Positions 35,011-43,530 of a stretch of 64,000 bases of DNA are shown one piece after another; the first letter of the stretch is position 1; each line of letters begins with the position of its first letter. The stretch spans positions 27,760-91,759 of the forward strand of contig JAMCST010000009.1 of the NCBI GenBank assembly GCA_023380935.1, given 5' to 3'. The position numbers and the translations under genes were made by a program. Source of the DNA: Patescibacteria group bacterium. Lineage in GTDB: Bacteria; Patescibacteriota; Microgenomatia; UBA1406; GWC2-37-13. The notes under the pieces are model-generated. The model was given only the letters and a program-made list of their open reading frames with translations. It did no database searches and was not told the DNA's origin.

Positions 35011-37288
35011 AGACATAGCCGTAATAATCCCCTTCCCTGAATGGTAAAACCGGTTCGTGCTTGATCGGCGCCGGACTTTCGGAAACGACCACGTGCAGTT
35101 TGGGCTCGTTTTTGGATATTTCGTCGGGGTAAATCCAGCCCAACACCGAGTCAACGCTGCTTCTGGATGGAGTTTTACCGTAGATCTTAAATAATAATCG
35201 CCACCCGGCATAGGCATATTGCGGATTGGGCAACGGGCCGGTCGTTTCCAAACTAAACTCCCGGCCTTTTATCAAACGCATGGTTTTGGCGATAAAGCGT
35301 TCCTTCATAGTCAGCCCGTAATCGTCGGTGGTGGTGAGGACGGTGGCCAGGTTGGCCAGCATAAACAGGCCGATAATCAGATATGCCGCCTGTTTGGGTA
35401 ATGAACCAAGCCAGAACCCGACGCAGATGGTCAAAATCGTCAGAAAGCCCATCAGGTAATACTCCGGGTTATAGCTGGGATAGACGATATAAGCCAGCAG
35501 TATAGACGCGATGGAAATGAAAAAAATCTGGTAACCATTGCGTCTGTTTTTGATAAAGAACCATAGTAGCGCGATCAGAGACAACAAAGACAATAAAATG
35601 TTCCCCGGTATTTTACTAGTATTGGTTTCCAGGGCGATGTCCTGGAGGTTTGAGTGCAATTTGACAAACCAGACGCGTCCGAAGGTCGACCACAAGCTAT
35701 TGACGTGATTCAACATATTGGTTGGGCTAAGGGCGTAGAGTCCGGTTTTTTTGCCCTCGATAATAATTTTGTAAGGGGCCAAAAGGTTGTCGAAGTTATG
35801 ATTCAGGTCAAACACAATCAGCGGTGAGACGATCGTCAAGTAAATTAAAGCCATCGCAATCCAGGTTTGCCACCTGATTTTCCGGAAGTTGTGAACGAGG
35901 GAGTAAAGAGCGGGAAGGACAAACAGCAATAGCAGCAGATGAAAATGGAATGCGGCGCCGGTCAAAGCCGCCACCAAAATATACCAGCGACTATTTTTAT
36001 CGGCTCTGATTAAACCATAAACAAAAAGCAGAGACATCAGGGGGATAAAAGACGGATTCCAGAACCGCCGGTCATAGTAGTTTATCAGCGTCGAACAGCC
36101 GTAAAATGTACCGGCAAACAGGGCGGTTCTACGGTCAAACAGATTTTTGGTGACAAAATACAATACGGCGGTGGTTATGATGCCCAGTAAGGCAGAGAAA
36201 TAAGCCAGCACCGCCACGTCGCCCTTTTTGACCAGAAAAAGCAGATAGTTGAGATAGATGAATCCGGGACCGAGATAATAATTGATATTGGCCTGACTGA
36301 CGCCAATCCAGATCGGGTGGAAATTCTTTACCTGCTCCCAGGCCAGTGTGCCCTGCCACTCTTCGCTGAAAGTAAAAAGAAAAAAATCGGGGACCTTCCA
36401 CAACCGCAGAAAACCAATCAATAAAAAGACGAATATCAAAACGTAATTTTGTTTCAACAAGGACATTAAACCGGAAAAGAATCCGGAAAATAGATTTATG
36501 ACCGCGGTCGGGTTGGCAGATAAAGCCGTACGGGCGCGCAGGGCAAGAGAAATAAGGCTGAAAGGAAAGACGACGTTTTTCGCCAGATACCGTCCGTAGT
36601 TTTCAAAGATTAATTTTTGTTTGTTTTTTCTTTCCTCGGGCCGGATGCCGCCGGCGCCGGCCTTGTGGTGGTAAACCATAGCGTCGGGAGAAAAAACGAT
36701 CCGGCCGAATTGTCTTATCCGTTTGCTCAAATCAACCTCCTCGAAGATCTTGGGGAAACCCGGGTCAAACCCATGGGTGCGGCGCAGGGCAGCGCTGCGA
36801 AACGACATGTTGCAGCCGTAGACAAAATCAACCGGCTGATTTTTGGTGCTCCAAAACCGGTAAACGAATTTCGTTCCCAATAAATTGGTGTTCCCGGTCG
36901 GTTGGTCGGTGTTTTTGGGAACCTCTTCCCCGTCGTTAATTACCCGGCCGGCCACCCCGACGACCCGCTGATCCGCGTATTGCCGGAGATGATTGGCAAT
37001 GGTGTTTTTGGTGACTTCGACGTCGTCGTCAAAAAAAATCACCACCTCTCCCCTGGTCTGTTTGATGCCGAGATTCTTGGCGAGCGAAGTATTGGCGTGT
37101 TGCAGATTATGATATTCGACCGTCAATTTGGCCAAGGTTTTATGATCGGGCGGATGGGGATTTTCCTGGTCGACGATCACGATCTGCAGTTTGGGATAAA
37201 GCCGGCGGATCTGTTTGGCCAGTTTCAGGGCGAGACCGGGACGTTTGAAGGTGGGGATGACAATGGTTGCGGTCGGTAGGTCTGCCAT
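35003..37288 (-). CDS. GT2 plus GT-C fusion glycosyltransferase, paralog 1
   Basis: N-terminal IPTFKR, FFDDD, GCNMSF, FEEVDL. The C-terminal GT-C domain is paralogous to the next two genes. Confidence 0.88.
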   Translation of the reverse strand: MADLPTATIVIPTFKRPGLALKLAKQIRRLYPKLQIVIVDQENPHPPDHKTLAKLTVEYHNLQHANTSLAKNLGIKQTRGEVVIFFDDDVEVTKNTIANHLRQYADQRVVGVAGRVINDGEEVPKNTDQPTGNTNLLGTKFVYRFWSTKNQPVDFVYGCNMSFRSAALRRTHGFDPGFPKIFEEVDLSKRIRQFGRIVFSPDAMVYHHKAGAGGIRPEERKNKQKLIFENYGRYLAKNVVFPFSLISLALRARTALSANPTAVINLFSGFFSGLMSLLKQNYVLIFVFLLIGFLRLWKVPDFFLFTFSEEWQGTLAWEQVKNFHPIWIGVSQANINYYLGPGFIYLNYLLFLVKKGDVAVLAYFSALLGIITTAVLYFVTKNLFDRRTALFAGTFYGCSTLINYYDRRFWNPSFIPLMSLLFVYGLIRADKNSRWYILVAALTGAAFHFHLLLLLFVLPALYSLVHNFRKIRWQTWIAMALIYLTIVSPLIVFDLNHNFDNLLAPYKIIIEGKKTGLYALSPTNMLNHVNSLWSTFGRVWFVKLHSNLQDIALETNTSKIPGNILLSLLSLIALLWFFIKNRRNGYQIFFISIASILLAYIVYPSYNPEYYLMGFLTILTICVGFWLGSLPKQAAYLIIGLFMLANLATVLTTTDDYGLTMKERFIAKTMRLIKGREFSLETTGPLPNPQYAYAGWRLLFKIYGKTPSRSSVDSVLGWIYPDEISKNEPKLHVVVSESPAPIKHEPVLPFREGDYYGYVYE

Positions 37289-37304
37289 AAAAATAGCCGT
37301 TCCC

Positions 37305-37580
37305 TTATTTTGACAAACTGATAGTTAGCTTGTATCCCATTACCTCCGCCATCTTCTCCAAGAATCCCAAGGACGGATTAATGTTCCCTGCTTCAAAGCG
37401 GGCAATGGCCGATTGTTTGGTGCCGATTTTTTGCGCTAACTGTTTTTGCGTGATGCCTTTTTTAATTCTGGCCGATATTAATTCGGATATGGCCATATAG
37501 CGAGGAGCCAACTGGTCATATTCCTTTTGGACCGCTTTATTCTGCAACAGTTCTGTCCTTAATTGTTTCCAGTTTCTCAT
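37305..37580 (-). CDS. XRE-family antitoxin (HigA-like)
   Basis: ARIKKGITQKQLAQKIGTKQSAIARFEAG, downstream of a RelE-like gene. Confidence 0.88.
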   Translation of the reverse strand: MRNWKQLRTELLQNKAVQKEYDQLAPRYMAISELISARIKKGITQKQLAQKIGTKQSAIARFEAGNINPSLGFLEKMAEVMGYKLTISLSK

Positions 37581-37613
37581 ATCTGTGTTGGAACTGATAA
37601 AATACTAGTGTTA

Positions 37614-37642
37614 AATATAACATATATGTTATATTATGTCAA
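37614..37642 (-). promoter_or_regulatory. Internal antitoxin promoter with a perfect 22-bp palindrome
   Basis: TTGACA-17 nt-TATATT, overlapped by AATATAACATATATGTTATATT (37614-37635). Confidence 0.75.
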
Positions 37643-37963
37643 GTTTGCCAATCTGGTCTTGGCGGTCTCGATTTCTTTTTTTGGCGTTTTTTGTTTTTGT
37701 TTCTTGAAGGCCGATACCAGATATATGGTTTTACCGACAAATCCGTAAACGATTCTTATCTCTTGTTGTCCTCTGATACGCAACTCGTAAAGATTAATCT
37801 GTAGTTTTTTAGCATGAGGCATACTAAGGAGATTTCCATGAATTTCTAGCAGATCGATCAAATGAACGATTTTGGCAATTACCTGCGCTGGTTGGCTTTT
37901 GATAAATTCGGCTACCGGCCGTTCGCCTCCTAAGGTCCCAAACTCCAATATTTTCCATTCCAT
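37634..37963 (-). CDS. RelE/HigB-like (Gp49-type) toxin
   Basis: PHAKKL..NLYELRIR...RIVY...FKKQKQKTPKKEIETA. Confidence 0.88.
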   Translation of the reverse strand: MEWKILEFGTLGGERPVAEFIKSQPAQVIAKIVHLIDLLEIHGNLLSMPHAKKLQINLYELRIRGQQEIRIVYGFVGKTIYLVSAFKKQKQKTPKKEIETAKTRLANLT

Positions 37964-37985
37964 AGTTTTATTATAGAGGCCTATC

Positions 37986-39311
37986 TTAAAAAGGAAGAAA
38001 CTCCATTTTTTTCTTGTAAATCTGCCATAAAGCTTCAGCTCCCATTATCCCAAATCCCAGCCAGACAATCAATCCAAAGCTTATGGCCGACAGCGGCCCG
38101 AACGCCGGCCTGATCAACCCGGCGGTGATCCAGCCCAGGGCAGTGGCCGCGACACAGACCAGCGCCAGCGGCACGGTTTTTTTTAGGGCCAGCAGGGGCT
38201 GGAAAAATACCGCGTAACTCCCCCACCCGATGGCCGGAATCACGAATAACGGCAGTAATGTGTTAGTGGTCAGAGCGTCCTGCCGGCTGAATTTTCCGCC
38301 GATGAACAGAAAGTTGATCAGGAGCGGCGCAATCAACAGTACGGCGATGGTGACGGCAAAAGAAACGGCCAATGCCACCAGTTTGGCCTTTTTCACCAGG
38401 TGCAGCGCTTTGGCGTGTTGCTCCGGCCGGGCAAAGTACTCCACCAGATGGGGCAGGAGCAGGATCTGGATGCCGATGGTCATCACTCCGGTGGCCAGGG
38501 TGAACATCTTGACGATCAGATTAAGGTAAACCAGATACCCGGCCGGCAATCCGGCGGCCAGTGAGCGGATAAACACGGTTTCTCCCCGAAAGGTTGAGTA
38601 AGCCACGATTAACGGGAGCCAAGCCACCACTAAGGTTATCGGGTTAACGAGTTGAAAAGTTGGCGAGTTAACGGGTTTAAGGGTTAAAGAGTTAAGGGCG
38701 GTCGCTATTTTTTTCGGCGGCAGGAGAACGAGAATTTGGAAAAACAGGTTGGCGACAAAGGCGATCACCAGCGACCAGGGGCCGATCACGGGTTGGAGCA
38801 CGACGATCATGGCAATGTTGGTCAGATTGCCGACCAGTTGGGCAAACGGAAAACGGTTGAATTTTTTTCCGGCATAGAAATGCGCCCCCAACAAGGTGGC
38901 GATGGTGGCCAGCGGCAAACTGTAAAACAGATAACCCATCTGCAGGGCGACCGCCCGGACAAACTCTTCGCTCCGGGCTTGGTAGAGCGCCTGGCTGATC
39001 GGTTGGGCGAGCAGGTTGGCGATCAAAGCCACCACCAGGCTGATCGCGGTAAAAAACAGCAGGTGACTGATAAAGTAGGAGCGGGCACGGTCGGGTTGGG
39101 TGACTTTTTTTTCGCCGTAAAGCGGCAGGAAAGCGTCGTTGAGGGTGGAATAAATGGTGGAAACGGCCAGGGTGGGTAAGGCCACGGCCGCCAGAAAAAC
39201 GTCCAGGTCCAGTTTGGCGCCGAAGATCCGGGTGACAACGACCTGGCTGATCAGCTGAATCAAGGCGTTAACGCCGAAGATGACGGTGACAACAAAACTT
39301 TTTTTTACCAT
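37986..39311 (-). CDS. MurJ/MviN-like flippase
   Basis: FGAKLDLDVF..A..LP, AFLPLY, FIGGKFS; many TM helices. Confidence 0.8.
   Translation of the reverse strand: MVKKSFVVTVIFGVNALIQLISQVVVTRIFGAKLDLDVFLAAVALPTLAVSTIYSTLNDAFLPLYGEKKVTQPDRARSYFISHLLFFTAISLVVALIANLLAQPISQALYQARSEEFVRAVALQMGYLFYSLPLATIATLLGAHFYAGKKFNRFPFAQLVGNLTNIAMIVVLQPVIGPWSLVIAFVANLFFQILVLLPPKKIATALNSLTLKPVNSPTFQLVNPITLVVAWLPLIVAYSTFRGETVFIRSLAAGLPAGYLVYLNLIVKMFTLATGVMTIGIQILLLPHLVEYFARPEQHAKALHLVKKAKLVALAVSFAVTIAVLLIAPLLINFLFIGGKFSRQDALTTNTLLPLFVIPAIGWGSYAVFFQPLLALKKTVPLALVCVAATALGWITAGLIRPAFGPLSAISFGLIVWLGFGIMGAEALWQIYKKKMEFLPF
38633..38696 (+). repeat. Degenerate 8-bp tandem repeat (8 units) inside the flippase gene
   Basis: AGGTTATC GGGTTAAC GAGTTGAA AAGTTGGC GAGTTAAC GGGTTTAA GGGTTAAA GAGTTAAG. 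Confidence 0.8.
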
Positions 39312-39337
39312 CGGTTGATTAATTTTATCACGGTTAA

Positions 39338-41995
39338 TTATTCGTATCCGTTTCTTTGGCGGGTTTCCGGCTTCAGATGCGGCAACTGCTGGAAAAACGC
39401 TTCGTCGTCTTTATTGAAGTCCGGCGTCACCGGGATGATCCTGATCCGGGCGGTTTTGGTTTTGGCGGTGATGTTCTGGTTGTCCCAACTGATCGGTTTT
39501 TCGATCCAGAAATTCATCTCGCCGTAGTCCCAGGTGAGAGGAATCGTGAACACCACCATTGACTCAGTGATTTCATCCGGCAAGATCGTTTCTCCGTCCT
39601 CCTTAACGATGGTGATTAACGGTTTTTCCTGCCAGCCGAAATTGTGGCCGTAAATTACCACTTTCATGCCCCGGTAGATCAAGTACGGCTCGGTTTTGTC
39701 AATAATCGGTACAAGCGAGTTCCACAGTTTACGGCGGTTTTCCGCAGCGATTTGCTGTTGGTAACGTTGATAAAATAAACGCAGCTGTTGGTGACCGTAA
39801 TATCCAGCAGTGATAATGATTGCGCCCAATAAGAGGCCTTTAATGACGTTGGCGCTATAATCTTCAACGGTTTTCGGATAAGGATTAAAGACCAAGCGGA
39901 TCATTTTACGAAAACAGCGCTGCAGCGTTTGTCGTAGATGACTCGCATTCAATAAGATAAAGGCGACGGTTCGTTTAAGCATTTTTTTGAATCGCGCAGG
40001 CAAGATCATGGCGGCGAATCGACGAAAAGCGTAATGTGGCGGCGGCGGCCTTTTCAAGGCGATGAGTGTTTGAATTACGGCGGCCACAAGCATCAGATAA
40101 CCCCAGACAGCCGCTTTTTCCGCCATAAAGTCAGCCTTGAGAAGCAACAACAACAAACACAAACTCAGATAAAACAAAGCCGTTATAAAGCTCAAGCGCG
40201 CCTCGAATTGGTAACCAATCACGGTTAGTATCCAACTCAAAAAAACAACGTTGAGTAGCCAGTTAGAGCGTGATCGGAAAAGGAAAATGTCGAAGACGAT
40301 GCCGCTGACGGCAATCGTGAGCCAGAGGAAACGCTGTTTTTTTGATGTAAACTTAATCAACCGCCAGACCAATTTCAGTGGTACGGCCAGGATTTTGATT
40401 ACCGTTGTCGTGCTGCGACGGAAACAGAGTCGTCCAATCCAATTAGTTTGTTGAGGATGCCGGCATTTCAGGTAAAACCACAAACTATAAATGCCGAGTC
40501 CGGTGAGTAAAAACCATAAGACAAACCAAAGAACCTGACGTGGCCAAAACCTGAGCTTAACGAACGAAGTAGTTGCCGATGCGATAACCGTAAGTTGGGG
40601 TCGCCAGCCAAAACCGAGTGCATCCAACACATATTGTTGTTGAGCTGTGGTGGTTTGTTTAAAAATCAGTTGATAATTATGACCGGGCAAAGCCGTCAGT
40701 TGCGTCATTGGATCTTGACCGGGTAGTCGCCCGGTTTTTTCCAGATAAACTGTCGGATTCAAAAATTGGGCTATAGTAAAGCTTAACGAGCGAACATTCT
40801 CTTGGGACATGGGTTTCTTGGTTGCTACGATCACGCTATTAGTAAGCGGTTGTTCGGGAAGCGGATCAATGTGAAATTGATTCCGGATGATGACAGATAA
40901 CTGGTGAGGATAGAGTTGGTAGTCGATCAGGTGATCGGTCTTAAGGGTTGGAACATAATCGGTCGTTTCGCTAGAGTGAGGATTGGTGATTGCTTCCCGG
41001 GTAGCGTATTTTTCCTCCAACCGGAGCTGGGCCGGTTGGTTAATGCGTCCGGAAAACTGCCAGTAGTAGTCTCCGGGAAACGGAAACGGCTTAATACCGA
41101 GACGGTATTGATAGACCGGGGCGGTTTCGGTCATTTGATTTTGCCAACCGTCGCTCGGTTCGGTTAAGGGAAACGGAGACACTAGTAAGGCAATAGTTTT
41201 AACCCGATCGTTAATGGAAATGCCGGAAAAGACCAGTAAACGGTCGGAACTAATAAAATCGGTTGGTTTAAAGATTCGGTCGCCGACCGCCAAACTCAAG
41301 CTGGTACGGTAGCTATCGGGCAGTTGGGAGAAATCCACCAAAACGTCGTATCGGCCGAACTCACGGTCATTAGCCAAACCGGTTAACTGATAGTTTATTC
41401 GGTTGGGATCGGGCGGTGGCGCGTTGCGTTCAATCCGGTGATTAATGCTGGTCATGACAGAGTCTATTAAATTGCGCAACACGACCTTTTCCTCGGCATT
41501 TTTTTCCGACTGCTCGATAGTCTGGTCAATCTGATCTTGGTGCGTAAGGAAGTGGGATTGGACCGTGGTTAACTCATCGTCAGTAGCGTAATCGATTGCC
41601 CTAACCATTAAATTGTAGTAGCGGTTAACAACGTCTTCCCAGCCGGTGTAATCTAGATTTTTTCCCCAACGCATTAATTCGGCGACGCGTTTATCGGCAA
41701 AAAACAGCGGCGTTTGGTTGTTGGTTCTTAGATCGTTGGTCTCGATTAGTTGGACGAGCTGGTACTTGAGCGAGTGGTTGGGAAAAACCTCCACGGTTGG
41801 GTAAGTAATATTGATCGGTTGCCCCAGTTGATCGGAAGGACCGAGGCGATAACTGATTGAGGCGGGAGTAAAGTCGGTCGGATTGACCATACGGGGGGAT
41901 GCCGCTAAAGAAATACCGTATAATAACCCAGCGGCTAAGGTGAAAAATAACAAAAACAACAAGACCAAAACTGGTTTGCGATGGGACTGCGTCAT
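39338..41995 (-). CDS. Large multi-domain membrane/surface protein
   Basis: N-terminal TM, helical region (FADKRVAEL, DUF5667-like), beta-rich region, TM cluster, C-terminal VVIYGHNFG (IPT/TIG-like). Confidence 0.75.
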   Translation of the reverse strand: MTQSHRKPVLVLLFLLFFTLAAGLLYGISLAASPRMVNPTDFTPASISYRLGPSDQLGQPINITYPTVEVFPNHSLKYQLVQLIETNDLRTNNQTPLFFADKRVAELMRWGKNLDYTGWEDVVNRYYNLMVRAIDYATDDELTTVQSHFLTHQDQIDQTIEQSEKNAEEKVVLRNLIDSVMTSINHRIERNAPPPDPNRINYQLTGLANDREFGRYDVLVDFSQLPDSYRTSLSLAVGDRIFKPTDFISSDRLLVFSGISINDRVKTIALLVSPFPLTEPSDGWQNQMTETAPVYQYRLGIKPFPFPGDYYWQFSGRINQPAQLRLEEKYATREAITNPHSSETTDYVPTLKTDHLIDYQLYPHQLSVIIRNQFHIDPLPEQPLTNSVIVATKKPMSQENVRSLSFTIAQFLNPTVYLEKTGRLPGQDPMTQLTALPGHNYQLIFKQTTTAQQQYVLDALGFGWRPQLTVIASATTSFVKLRFWPRQVLWFVLWFLLTGLGIYSLWFYLKCRHPQQTNWIGRLCFRRSTTTVIKILAVPLKLVWRLIKFTSKKQRFLWLTIAVSGIVFDIFLFRSRSNWLLNVVFLSWILTVIGYQFEARLSFITALFYLSLCLLLLLLKADFMAEKAAVWGYLMLVAAVIQTLIALKRPPPPHYAFRRFAAMILPARFKKMLKRTVAFILLNASHLRQTLQRCFRKMIRLVFNPYPKTVEDYSANVIKGLLLGAIIITAGYYGHQQLRLFYQRYQQQIAAENRRKLWNSLVPIIDKTEPYLIYRGMKVVIYGHNFGWQEKPLITIVKEDGETILPDEITESMVVFTIPLTWDYGEMNFWIEKPISWDNQNITAKTKTARIRIIPVTPDFNKDDEAFFQQLPHLKPETRQRNGYE

Positions 41996-42024
41996 GGAAT
42001 GTTAGATTAATTTTAGCAGATAAA

Positions 42025-43530
42025 TCACTCCATTCCCCAACTTCTTACCTCCAGGGGCCAGATATCGCGATCTGCGCCCACCGCCATTTTTTCTCTCCGG
42101 TATTCCAGTTTAAGATTTTTTTTGGCGTACTGTTTGATGTCTTCGGGCAGGATGCTATTCCAGTCTTCTATGATCAATATTCCTTGGGGATAGCGGGCCT
42201 TTTCCTTAAGAAAGTCGCTGAGGGTTCCGTAGACCAGTTGACCGCCGAACGGTTGCGCGTATGGTTTAGTCGTGCCTTTTTTGAAATAGGCGTTTGACTG
42301 GCGGTTGAGGTAATATCTTTCCGTGTCCACCAGGTCGTCGAACACGGCGATTTTGTCCAGTTTTTTGGCGTATTTTGTCTCAATCCAGGCGAACACGTTT
42401 TTGTAATCGGCGTTCTGCACGTCGCCGTAAAAATCGAGGTTAGGCGAATAATACAGCTGCGGCGTTCCGGCAATTTTGTATCCGGAAAGATAAACAACTA
42501 CGACGACAAGCATCGGTAACCACCTTATACTTTTCACTTTTAACCTTTCACCGATTTTGTCCCCCACCCTTCCCCAAAACACGCCGAAACCGGTAAAGAC
42601 CAGCCCGAAAAACGGCACCAAATAACGCAGATTATGACTGTAGCTGCTGAAGCTCCAGACAACCAAAAGAGCCGTTGCGTAACCGATCAACCCGGCGCCG
42701 AGAGCGCGGTATTTTTTGTCGATCAGGCAAAACGCCAACAGCGCCGGCAGCAAGTATACTCCATACTGACGAAGTAGGATATTTTTTAAATAGACGGTGT
42801 TGTTGTACATAAACACGATCCGGCCGCGGAACGGAGCCAACAGCGGGACTGGGCCGTGAGCACTGCCGGACCAATAAATGAAAAGTCCGATAATCAAAAC
42901 CAGCGCAATGGGCGCAAACGGTTGGCGCAAGCGTGATTTTATCTTGTACCGGTGAACGATGATTATGGCAATGGCTACGGGAATCCAAAATAATATGGCC
43001 AGGATATGGAAAAGACAGGCCAGACAGGTGATAATAACCGTCCCAAACAAAACGGCCGGTCGGCGTTTGTCGATGTACTCTATCAGCAAATAGGCTTGGA
43101 TGAGCAGTAAAGTCTCTAGGGCGGCATAAGGTTTGGCCTGGGTGGCATTGGCGAGGTTGAGCTGGGAAAGGGCCATGAGGAATGCCGCCGCCAATCCCCC
43201 GCCCCGGTTCGACAGCCGGCGGGCAACGCCGTAAGCGGCAATAATTCCCAAAACGCCGAATAATACCGCCGGTAGCCTGGCGGAAAACTCCGAAACGCCA
43301 AACAACGAAAAAAATGCCGCGGTGGTAACGGTTTGGAGCGGTTCATATTCCACTTGTTTGGCCCCCTGAAGCCAGGAACTCTTGTTGCGCGCGATATCCC
43401 GGGCAAAGCTGGAAACAAACGCCTCATCGGCCCAGAAGGAGTGGTCGGTGCTGATGCCTTTCAGTCTAAACCAAAAACCGATTACAAAAAAGGCCGCCAA
43501 TACAAAGCACGACCATTTCTGTTTATCCAT
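42025..43530 (-). CDS. GT-C (PMT/ArnT-like) glycosyltransferase
   Basis: SFWADEA, FGVSEFSARLP, QAKPY, RYLVPF. Confidence 0.88.
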   Translation of the reverse strand: MDKQKWSCFVLAAFFVIGFWFRLKGISTDHSFWADEAFVSSFARDIARNKSSWLQGAKQVEYEPLQTVTTAAFFSLFGVSEFSARLPAVLFGVLGIIAAYGVARRLSNRGGGLAAAFLMALSQLNLANATQAKPYAALETLLLIQAYLLIEYIDKRRPAVLFGTVIITCLACLFHILAILFWIPVAIAIIIVHRYKIKSRLRQPFAPIALVLIIGLFIYWSGSAHGPVPLLAPFRGRIVFMYNNTVYLKNILLRQYGVYLLPALLAFCLIDKKYRALGAGLIGYATALLVVWSFSSYSHNLRYLVPFFGLVFTGFGVFWGRVGDKIGERLKVKSIRWLPMLVVVVVYLSGYKIAGTPQLYYSPNLDFYGDVQNADYKNVFAWIETKYAKKLDKIAVFDDLVDTERYYLNRQSNAYFKKGTTKPYAQPFGGQLVYGTLSDFLKEKARYPQGILIIEDWNSILPEDIKQYAKKNLKLEYRREKMAVGADRDIWPLEVRSWGME

